Part shown: one piece after another, positions 46,267 to 54,124 of the stretch
Layout: each line of letters begins with the position of its first letter
How positions within the stretch are numbered: the first letter of the stretch is position 1
Assembly (NCBI GenBank): GCA_036170475.1
Contig: JAVHPE010000161.1
Span: 5,559 to 69,558 of the forward strand
Length of the DNA: 64,000 bases
DNA from: Bacteroidia bacterium
GTDB taxonomy: Bacteria > Bacteroidota > Bacteroidia > 2-12-FULL-35-15
Reading direction: 5' to 3'
Notes under the pieces: generated by a model
The model's input: only the letters and a program-made list of their open reading frames with translations
Told to the model about the DNA's origin: nothing
Databases searched by the model: none
Position numbers and translations under genes: made by a program

Positions 46267-48780
46267 TTATGCTTTATAAATTTTTACACAATTTTCTTTG
46301 TGTAAAGCCTGACCACTAATTGGGTCACCTTTGGTAGTACGTAAATTTGCGTCTGAAGAACCGCGTCCTTTCGCCTCTGAGCCAAATGCCCAATGTCCAA
46401 AGCCATGTTGCGAACCTACTACTTCGGGATGAATACCCTCAGTCAATTGTGCTTTCGCTTTCATTTTTCCAAATTTAGATTCTACCCACACCTTATCTCC
46501 GTTTTTAATTCCAAGTTTCTGCGCTGTTTTGGTATTTATTTGCAAAGGATTTTCTGGTTTGAGATCTAATAGCCAACGATTATTTTGGGTGCGTGTGTGT
46601 GTGTGTGTTGATTCCTTCCAATTAATTAAAAAGAGAGGAAATTCTGCATCCGGATACCAATCGCGTTGTTTGTAATTTGGAAATTCGATACAGGCATTAC
46701 CAACGGCATCTTTTTTCCCTTTTAAAACGTTTAAAACAAATTCCGCTTTTCCTGAAGGTGTCATAAAGCCTTTTACTGCTTTTTTTACTTCTTGTCCACT
46801 TTCATCTTTCACCAAAAGATAGGTTCCCATTCGTTTACCTCCATTTTCTTTGGGCTTGTCATAAATGTGTTCAACATCAACACCATCAATTGAAACCTTA
46901 ACTATGGTGGCTGTTTTTAGCTTTTCGGGATCAATAGCCTTTTTATATTTTTCATATTCCGTTTTGCCAGTTGTCCAGACTGCGCCAGGAAGTTTTTTAA
47001 ATTCTGCCAGGGTCATTTTTGGTGCTCCGTTAATAATTTCTTTTGAAAGAAATTCTTCATACCATTTTGTTAAACTTTCTACCCGTTCTCCGGAAATAGG
47101 ATTATTCCAGAAAAAATCTTTTCCTTCTTTATCTTTCAAACCTACCCTTCTTCCCAATTCTACTACAAATTCAGCTTCCGTTGGTTGGCCAAAAATGGGT
47201 TTTACCACAGGTTGCCGCAACGTGAGCGAAGGCCATGTAACCCAATTTCCTGTCCAATCATATCGTTCCAGATAAGTTACACCGGGTATTACAATATCTG
47301 CAAATTGGGCTGTTTCAGATAGGAAAATATCGTTTACTACTACAAATTCAAGATTACTCAATGCCTTTGCAACTGTATCTGTTCCGGGAACTGACATCAA
47401 TAAATTTTGGAAAACAATAATGGCCATTTTAGCTTTATACTGCCCTTTTCCATCAGCAAGTTGCTGTAATATTTCAGGATATACTCCTGATGAATGAAAC
47501 ATCGGATACATTTTGTTATCGTTGGAAAAACGTGGCTTTGATGTTTTTTCAAACTCAATATGCTGATGGTCATTTCCTTTTTTATTTGGAAATATCAAGG
47601 TTCCAGGACGGTCGTATCCACCAACTAATGCATTTAATGCTGCGATTGCAGCTCCACCATTCACTCCATTCGAATGTTGACCGGGACCAGACCATGCATC
47701 CGCCAATGCAGGTTTTGTAGTGGAAAAATCAATTGCAATACGTTCAATAGTAGCGGCAGGAATAGTGGTAATTTTTTCTGCCCATTCTGGTGTTTTGTCT
47801 TTTACATGTTCTGAAAATTCTTTAAAACCGTATGACCATTCGTTAACGAATTTCTCATCGTACAATTTATCCCTGATAATTACATGAGACATTGCCAATG
47901 CCATCGCACCATCGGTAGAAGGACGGATAGGAATCCATTCGTTGGCTTTACGTGCTGTGTATGACATATAAGGGTCAACCACAACTAGCTTAGCTCCTTT
48001 TTCAATTGCACGGGTAATGATTCTCGGAAGTAACGACCATTTTGTTGCTCCAAGCGGATTCCAACCAAAAAGTAAAATATATTTTGATTGTATGGCATCA
48101 ATTAATGGTCTTTCATCACCTACAACCGATTTGAATGCTGCCTTTCTTGTGGTATCACATAAACCGGAATGGTTGTTATAATTTGGTGTACCGTATAAAT
48201 CGCAAAAATCGCTTTGTATGTGTGTAAAACTATGGTCTTCCGAAAACCACAGCAAAGATTCCGGTGTTCCGTCATCTTTCAATTTTTTCATTTTAGCTGC
48301 AATAGTACTATATGCCTCTTCCCAAGAAATTTCTACAAATTTAGGATCTTCTCCAATTCCTTTTTTTGGATTGGTACGTTTAACGGGTTTTGCCAAACGA
48401 TCCGGATCATACAGTGTCATCATTCCTGCATTTCCTTTTGGGCACATTACAGAACCGCCTTCCAAAGCGCAATTTTTTTCAAAATCATCAGAAATATTGC
48501 TGAATCCAATTGGGTTATAGGAGTTAGGTTTAATCCGAATAAGTTTTCCATCCACCACTTGACATTTTATTCCCGTTTGTCCGCCACACATATTGCAGCA
48601 ACTTGGGATCCATTCTCCGGCAGTAAAGTCATATCGTTTATCAACTTCCTCTGCAAATTTTTCGGGGCTGAGTGCCAAGGCTTTAGAAAACCATGATGAT
48701 CCGAGAAGAAGACCTCCTGTTCCCAAAGCGGCTTTTGCTAAAAAACTTTTACGGGTTTCTTTATTACTATTATTATCCAT
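46267..48780 (-). CDS. Periplasmic molybdopterin (Mo/W-bisPGD, DMSO-reductase-family) oxidoreductase catalytic subunit, Psr/Phs/Arr/Ttr-like, substrate unknown
   Basis: Tat-like signal ETRKSFLAKAALGTGGLLLGS. N-terminal FS0 cluster Cys residues are CCNMCGGQTGIKC...MCPKG. Candidate Mo-ligand motif is NNHSGLCDTTRK. Conserved TPEWAEKITTIPAATIERIA. C-terminal THTHTRTQNNRWL and domain IV. Confidence 0.85.
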   Translation of the reverse strand: MDNNSNKETRKSFLAKAALGTGGLLLGSSWFSKALALSPEKFAEEVDKRYDFTAGEWIPSCCNMCGGQTGIKCQVVDGKLIRIKPNSYNPIGFSNISDDFEKNCALEGGSVMCPKGNAGMMTLYDPDRLAKPVKRTNPKKGIGEDPKFVEISWEEAYSTIAAKMKKLKDDGTPESLLWFSEDHSFTHIQSDFCDLYGTPNYNNHSGLCDTTRKAAFKSVVGDERPLIDAIQSKYILLFGWNPLGATKWSLLPRIITRAIEKGAKLVVVDPYMSYTARKANEWIPIRPSTDGAMALAMSHVIIRDKLYDEKFVNEWSYGFKEFSEHVKDKTPEWAEKITTIPAATIERIAIDFSTTKPALADAWSGPGQHSNGVNGGAAIAALNALVGGYDRPGTLIFPNKKGNDHQHIEFEKTSKPRFSNDNKMYPMFHSSGVYPEILQQLADGKGQYKAKMAIIVFQNLLMSVPGTDTVAKALSNLEFVVVNDIFLSETAQFADIVIPGVTYLERYDWTGNWVTWPSLTLRQPVVKPIFGQPTEAEFVVELGRRVGLKDKEGKDFFWNNPISGERVESLTKWYEEFLSKEIINGAPKMTLAEFKKLPGAVWTTGKTEYEKYKKAIDPEKLKTATIVKVSIDGVDVEHIYDKPKENGGKRMGTYLLVKDESGQEVKKAVKGFMTPSGKAEFVLNVLKGKKDAVGNACIEFPNYKQRDWYPDAEFPLFLINWKESTHTHTRTQNNRWLLDLKPENPLQINTKTAQKLGIKNGDKVWVESKFGKMKAKAQLTEGIHPEVVGSQHGFGHWAFGSEAKGRGSSDANLRTTKGDPISGQALHKENCVKIYKA

Positions 48781-48839
48781 GATATTTATGATTTAAGTTT
48801 CTTTTGTTTTTATTGTTATAGAATTAATTCATGCATGCA

Positions 48840-49736
48840 TTACGTTAAATAATACACACTTGGATTGGTGCCTTTTTCTTCTTTAAGACGAAAATGTTTT
48901 CTTGTTTTAAGAAGTTCCTGCAAATTATCACCAGTAACAAGGCATTTTGCATTAGGGTCTTTTAAATTACCAAAATGAATTGCTCTTGCCATGCAAGTAC
49001 GTGAACATGCTGTTGGTTCACGATACTCTCCGTTTTCATCCTGAAGATGTAAGCACAACATACATTTCCTTGACAGGGTAACCGGAGCTTTTTCTTTTTC
49101 AGCATCACGTATGCCATACTTTGCATTAAATTCACTTGATGGAATAAGATTAAATGGATTTTTAGGGTCGGCAATGTAATTTTTACCGACATCTATTACA
49201 CGCGCTCCATAAGGGCATGCTTTAACACAATCACCTGCACCAACGCATTTATCATAATTAGTTATTACAATTCCATCGTCCCGTTTATATGTAGCATTAT
49301 TAGGGTCATTTAGTAGAGTTGTTGCATTATTAGGACAAACCGGTATGCAAGGCGGATTTTCGCAGTGCATACATGGGTGGGTATAAGAATTGAAAGTAGT
49401 TTTTGGATATGCTCCTTTTTCCTCTTCTATAAAACGATTGTAAAAAACACCCGGAGGAGTTTTGTTTTCATTTTTGCAGGCTACAACACATGCTTTGCAA
49501 GCGACACAACGTTTCAGGTCAATGATAAAACCCCATTGTGCACCTTTTTTACCAGTAGTGGACTGAACTTTTGGACTATTTGCAGATGCCGCAAATGGAA
49601 TTGCAGATAGTAATGCGAAGCCTCCAATTTTTTTCAAAAAATCAGCCCGACTTGTTCCACTCATTTCAGTTTCTTTTTCAAGAAAGGCATCTAATTTTTC
49701 AATACCTTCTTCGTTTTTATTTTCGTTGGGTTCCAT
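48840..49736 (-). CDS. 4Fe-4S dicluster-type electron-transfer subunit (PsrB/DmsB/TtrB-like) with its own signal peptide
   Basis: Cluster motifs are CVACKACVVACKNEN, CMHCENPPCIPVCP, CVGAGDCVKACPYGA and CMLCLH...CSRTCMARAIHFG. N-terminus is SRADFLKKIGGFALLSAIPFAASA. An alternative start is ATG 49664. Confidence 0.85.
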   Translation of the reverse strand: MEPNENKNEEGIEKLDAFLEKETEMSGTSRADFLKKIGGFALLSAIPFAASANSPKVQSTTGKKGAQWGFIIDLKRCVACKACVVACKNENKTPPGVFYNRFIEEEKGAYPKTTFNSYTHPCMHCENPPCIPVCPNNATTLLNDPNNATYKRDDGIVITNYDKCVGAGDCVKACPYGARVIDVGKNYIADPKNPFNLIPSSEFNAKYGIRDAEKEKAPVTLSRKCMLCLHLQDENGEYREPTACSRTCMARAIHFGNLKDPNAKCLVTGDNLQELLKTRKHFRLKEEKGTNPSVYYLT

Positions 49737-49770
49737 ATTTTTCTTTTATTTTTTTATGTTAGAAAAAGTA

Positions 49771-50976
49771 TTATTTAAATACATAGTAGAAGGTCAAGCG
49801 CACAACCATATCAGATTTTCTTTCATAATATTTTGCCCGGTCTGAAGCTTTTGTAGCATCATATGACGAAGGTTTGGCTCTCATATCGGTGTAAGAATTC
49901 ATCCAGATATTAGGTATGAAATGCACATTGTTAGTGGGTGTATAATCCAAACCAACAGTTAAAAACCCTTCATTATAATATGTTGCAATGGATGGCATTT
50001 TGTATCCTTTTTGGTAGCCCTTATTATAGATATCATAACGGGCAAAAGCATATAGTTTATCTTTTAAAATAGTGCCTCTTGCAAAAATGCTTAACCCCAT
50101 CGGTTTGTAATCAAGGGTATCTTTATTTTTGCCGGTAGCAATAAACCCTGTTGTATCTATTACCTGATTTTTTTGAGTTTGAGATACATATTCCACTCCT
50201 ACTGTGAACAATTTGTGTTGGTATGCTATAAATCCTTCTAAACTTCTGATACTTTTAAGGACGTGTTTCGAGCCTCCGGTTGGTATGTAAAGCTGATCCT
50301 CATAGTCATAATTTAAAGCCAAAAGAACTTTTGCGTCTAACAAACTGGCGTCAAATCCGGCATAAGCTTTTTCTAAGTTGTTGTCTTCAGGTTTACTACC
50401 TTTTCCTGTCGCCCACATAACATGATATCCCACTTTGTTTTTTCCTTCTGTCTCCAATTTGAATAAGCTTGAAATTCGTATTCCAAGATCGTTGGAAGGA
50501 AGTAGTTTTCTTGCATCACCAAAGACTTTTTCTACTGAACGATAGGCCCATGTTTTTTCTGCAAGTGAAAAACTGGTGGTGCCTACCTGTCCGATATAAA
50601 GTGTATGTTTTGGTAGAAAATTTTTCCATTCCAGGTTACATGATTTAATTAATGAGGTTCTGTCTCCTCCGGCAGTCAGTATTCCATCACTTGCTTCGAA
50701 AAGCAAATGTGCGGTAAAGTTCTGGGATATGCCGTAATCGTAACCAAGATAAATTCTTCGCAGCGAAATGCTGGTTTGGGATTTTTTTGTTTTAGCAAAT
50801 TCAGACTCACCAAAATTGATAATGGTGTCGCCTCCTATTTTATTATAAAAATCGCCAAAGGCTAATCCCCATAGTTTGCCACTTGGTTTAAATTCTTCCT
50901 TTGGTTTCTCCTGTGCGTTTATCTGGATTGCAAACATTACCAGTAAAAGGCTTGATAAAAATGTTTTCGTTTTCAT
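49771..50976 (-). CDS. Outer-membrane porin-like beta-barrel (possibly OprO/P-type anion porin); first gene of the Mo-enzyme operon
   Basis: Signal peptide MKTKTFLSSLLLVMFAIQINAQ. Alternating amphipathic strands. SLRRIYLGYDYGISQNFTAHLLFE resembles the F-x-hR-R-A-R-L block of phosphate-selective porins. Aromatic-rich C-terminal strand LTFYYVFK. Confidence 0.55.
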   Translation of the reverse strand: MKTKTFLSSLLLVMFAIQINAQEKPKEEFKPSGKLWGLAFGDFYNKIGGDTIINFGESEFAKTKKSQTSISLRRIYLGYDYGISQNFTAHLLFEASDGILTAGGDRTSLIKSCNLEWKNFLPKHTLYIGQVGTTSFSLAEKTWAYRSVEKVFGDARKLLPSNDLGIRISSLFKLETEGKNKVGYHVMWATGKGSKPEDNNLEKAYAGFDASLLDAKVLLALNYDYEDQLYIPTGGSKHVLKSIRSLEGFIAYQHKLFTVGVEYVSQTQKNQVIDTTGFIATGKNKDTLDYKPMGLSIFARGTILKDKLYAFARYDIYNKGYQKGYKMPSIATYYNEGFLTVGLDYTPTNNVHFIPNIWMNSYTDMRAKPSSYDATKASDRAKYYERKSDMVVRLTFYYVFK

Positions 50977-51038
50977 ACTTTTTATTTTTAAGATTTTAAT
51001 TAAAATTTGTTTGTTTGTTTTAAGTGTGCAAAATCATT

Positions 51039-51054
51039 GGCAAGATTGACACCA
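51039..51054 (-). promoter_or_regulatory. Candidate sigma-54 (-24/-12) promoter for the porin/Fe-S/Mo operon
   Basis: Minus-sense TGGTGTcaatcTTGCC gives GG-N10-GC with correct spacing versus consensus TGGCAC-N5-TTGC. It lies 63-78 nt upstream of ATG 50976, immediately downstream of a sigma-54 activator gene. Confidence 0.55.
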
Positions 51055-51138
51055 ATCATTGTATAAAAAAAATAATTTTTACAAAGCCCTACTATTACAG
51101 CGATTTACGCTTATTTGATAGAAAATACGTCAATAAAA

Positions 51139-51179
51139 AATGTGCGATATTTCGCATTATTAACGAATTATCGCACATT
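51139..51179. promoter_or_regulatory. Perfect 11-bp inverted repeat AATGTGCGATA-N19-TATCGCACATT: enhancer (UAS) site and/or terminator of the sensor operon
   Basis: Seen directly. Its centre is about 105 nt upstream of the -24 element. On the minus strand the 3' arm runs into a T-rich tract (cacattttttatt), so a terminator role is equally possible. Confidence 0.45.
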
Positions 51180-51243
51180 TTAAAGTAAAAAAAGTGATTA
51201 TAAATTGAAAAAAAGACTGCTGATAGATCAGGTAAATATAATA

Positions 51244-52602
51244 TTAACTGTTAATCGAATGCTTTTCCATTTTTGAGCGTAGCGTTGAGAGTGGAATTCC
51301 AAGCATTTCAGCGGCTTTGGATTTATTGTTTTTATTTTTTTCTAAAGCAAACTTAATAGAGGAAATTTCCACTTCAGATAATGTTTGTTCAAGATTTTTT
51401 GTACCAATAATAGAGCACAAATCAGCAAACTTGTAGTTTCTAATTTCCGATGGCACATGCTGTATCTCTATTTTTCCGGCATCAGCAATAATTACCATCC
51501 TTTCTGATATGTTTTTTAATTCTCTTACATTCCCCCGCCAACTATAATCATTTAAGAGTTTATATACTTCGTTTGAAATTACAAGTTCTTTCCCTTGAGA
51601 ATACTTGTTTACATAATGGTCAAGTAATTTTTTAATGTCTTTTTTTCGCTCTCTAAGAGGTTGAAGATAAATCGGAAAAACATTTAATCTATAAAAAAGG
51701 TCTTCACGAAATTTACCTTCATTAACCATCAGGCGAAGATCTTTTTTAGTAGATACTATTAAGCGAATATTAATTTTAATGGGTATTGAACTTCCAACTC
51801 GTTCAATTTCTTTTTCCTGCAACACTCTTAAAAGTTTTACTTGTAAATCTAAAGGAATATCATCTATGTCATCAAGGTATAAAGTGCCTCCGTTAGCCGA
51901 TTCAAAACGGCCTTTTTTATCTTGATCAGCACCTGTGAATGCACCTTTAACATGTCCAAAAAGTTCGCTTTCAAATATTTCCCGTGATAAAATGGCACAA
52001 CTTACTTTTATCAAAGGTTGTTTCTTACGAGCGCTATTATAATGAATAATATTTGTTACATGTTCTTTTCCTGTTCCTGTTTCACCGTTGATTAATACAG
52101 TTGTGTCCTTTTCTGCAATTAATTTTATTAAGTCAAAAAGCTCTTTATTAGTTTCATTTTCTCCTATATATGCTGATAAATCATACTTGCTTTCAATTTG
52201 ATTTCTAAGTACTTTATTTTCCTTTTTTACAGAATTCAATTCATTGATACGTTCAATGATCAACAAAATTTCTTCCAACTTAAATGGTTTTGTTATGTAA
52301 TCATAAGCTCCGTTTTTCATTGCTTCTACAGCATTATCAACTGTTCCAAACGCTGTCATTACAACAACGGTTATTTCCGGTTTTGTTTTTTTTATTTTGG
52401 AAAGCAACTCTAATCCATCCATCCCAGGCATTTTCAAATCTGTAATTATTATTTCAGGACAATATTCTTCCATGCTGATAAATACTGATTCTGCATTAGA
52501 AAATTCACGAACATCAAATCCTTGATCACGCAAATCATCAGCGAGTGTTACCCGAATTATCCTTTCATCTTCAACAACTGCAATTTTAGTTTTATTTTCC
52601 AT
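51244..52602 (-). CDS. Sigma-54-dependent response regulator (NtrC/AioR-type: REC + AAA+ + Fis-HTH)
   Basis: REC domain (phospho-Asp context IIITDLKMPGMDG), Walker A GETGTGKE, GAFTGA sigma-54 contact loop, and a C-terminal HTH AAEMLGIPLSTLRSKMEKH. Confidence 0.92.
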   Translation of the reverse strand: MENKTKIAVVEDERIIRVTLADDLRDQGFDVREFSNAESVFISMEEYCPEIIITDLKMPGMDGLELLSKIKKTKPEITVVVMTAFGTVDNAVEAMKNGAYDYITKPFKLEEILLIIERINELNSVKKENKVLRNQIESKYDLSAYIGENETNKELFDLIKLIAEKDTTVLINGETGTGKEHVTNIIHYNSARKKQPLIKVSCAILSREIFESELFGHVKGAFTGADQDKKGRFESANGGTLYLDDIDDIPLDLQVKLLRVLQEKEIERVGSSIPIKINIRLIVSTKKDLRLMVNEGKFREDLFYRLNVFPIYLQPLRERKKDIKKLLDHYVNKYSQGKELVISNEVYKLLNDYSWRGNVRELKNISERMVIIADAGKIEIQHVPSEIRNYKFADLCSIIGTKNLEQTLSEVEISSIKFALEKNKNNKSKAAEMLGIPLSTLRSKMEKHSINS

Positions 52603-54124
52603 TTAGGAGTATATTTTCGTTTTTAATAGTAAGAACAACAGTAAATGTCATCCCATCTTTTTCATTTCGTTTTGCTGATATTTTTCCTCCATGTTGCTCA
52701 ACTATTCTATAACAAACGGCTAAACCAAGACCAGTTCCCTGTCGTATTTTTTTAAATGTATAAAAAGGATCAAATATTTTTTGAAGCTTTTCAGGCGGGA
52801 TACCAATTCCATTATCAGAAATAACTAATATCAAATAATCATCCTTGGCGGTTAAATTAATTTCAATTTTACCTTTCAAATCAGGATCATCTATTTTCTT
52901 TTCATCAATTGCATCAATACTATTTAAAAGAAGATTGAGAACTAACTGCTCAATATGGTTAATACTCGCCTTAGTGAGTGGTATATTCAGAGAACTATTT
53001 TTAATTATTGAGATTTTGGATTTTTCCAATTGGAAAGAAATTAACATTAAAACATTTTCAATTAGTATTAAAAGATTTACATCTGAAAATACAAGCTCTT
53101 GCTTTCGACTAAAATTTAAAAGCCCCCCAACTACATTTTCAATTTTATTAATCGCCTCCGATATCATTTCAAAATACTTAATATTCTGATTTACGTTCTC
53201 CGGTTCTTTTGAAATTCTTCGAATACAACTTTTTATTCCGGCAATAGGATTATTTATTTCATGGGCAACACCAGCTGAAAGCGTTCCCAATGAAGCCATT
53301 TTTTCAGTTTGTACAAATGAATCCTGTGTTTCCTGTAGTTCAACATAAGTATCCTTCAATCGCAGAACCATTTCATTATATCTGAAAATTAATACGTCTA
53401 TTTCGTCTTCTATTCCTAATACATTTTTCCATTTTGCAACTCGTTTCAGACGAAATTGCGCATTGTCTTCTTTATTACTTGGAATATTAAAAGACTTTAA
53501 ATTAAATTTCTCAGAAGTTTTTGTAATATACTTTATTGGTGTGGTAATAATAAAAGCAAAAAATAATGCTGCACTAATTCCAAAAAAAAGAAAAAGCACA
53601 ACCATTTTTATAAAAATCGCATTTGAAGTTGAAATGTTTTTAGTGTAGTTGTCTTCAAATAAACCCACACGCACAACACCTAATGTCCCATTTAAAACAG
53701 GTATTGCAATATCTCTTATCTCTTTTGATGTTTTGTTATCTTTTAATCTAACTGTATTACTACTTTTTTTATTTATAAGAAAGTTTGCCTCAATAAGTTT
53801 TGAAGGAACTGAATTCTTAAATGTATGTGCTAAAACATTGTTTTTACTATCTAAAATGAACACATAAGCGAAATTGGAATCTATCCTGATCTGGTCGGTA
53901 ACTAAATTATTTAAGGCAGCCAAATCATCATATAAAATTGGCTCAACACTCCTTTCTGCAATTATTTTGGCGGTTGTTAAACCGTGATGAGTAAGCTCTG
54001 ATTCAAACAGTTGATAAACTGATTTATTTAAAAGATATAAATTGGTTGAACCAAAAACAGCTACTATCGCAGCAATTGCTATTGAAAATTTCCAAAATAA
54101 GGGGAGGGAGAAATGTCTTTTCAT
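52592..54124 (-). CDS. Sensor histidine kinase (2 TM helices flanking a ~140-aa periplasmic domain, HisKA, HATPase_c)
   Basis: H-box GVAHEINNP, N-box LLLNSIDA, and G-boxes DNGIGI and GTGLGLAV. Overlaps the RR gene by 11 nt. Confidence 0.9.
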   Translation of the reverse strand: MKRHFSLPLFWKFSIAIAAIVAVFGSTNLYLLNKSVYQLFESELTHHGLTTAKIIAERSVEPILYDDLAALNNLVTDQIRIDSNFAYVFILDSKNNVLAHTFKNSVPSKLIEANFLINKKSSNTVRLKDNKTSKEIRDIAIPVLNGTLGVVRVGLFEDNYTKNISTSNAIFIKMVVLFLFFGISAALFFAFIITTPIKYITKTSEKFNLKSFNIPSNKEDNAQFRLKRVAKWKNVLGIEDEIDVLIFRYNEMVLRLKDTYVELQETQDSFVQTEKMASLGTLSAGVAHEINNPIAGIKSCIRRISKEPENVNQNIKYFEMISEAINKIENVVGGLLNFSRKQELVFSDVNLLILIENVLMLISFQLEKSKISIIKNSSLNIPLTKASINHIEQLVLNLLLNSIDAIDEKKIDDPDLKGKIEINLTAKDDYLILVISDNGIGIPPEKLQKIFDPFYTFKKIRQGTGLGLAVCYRIVEQHGGKISAKRNEKDGMTFTVVLTIKNENILLNGK

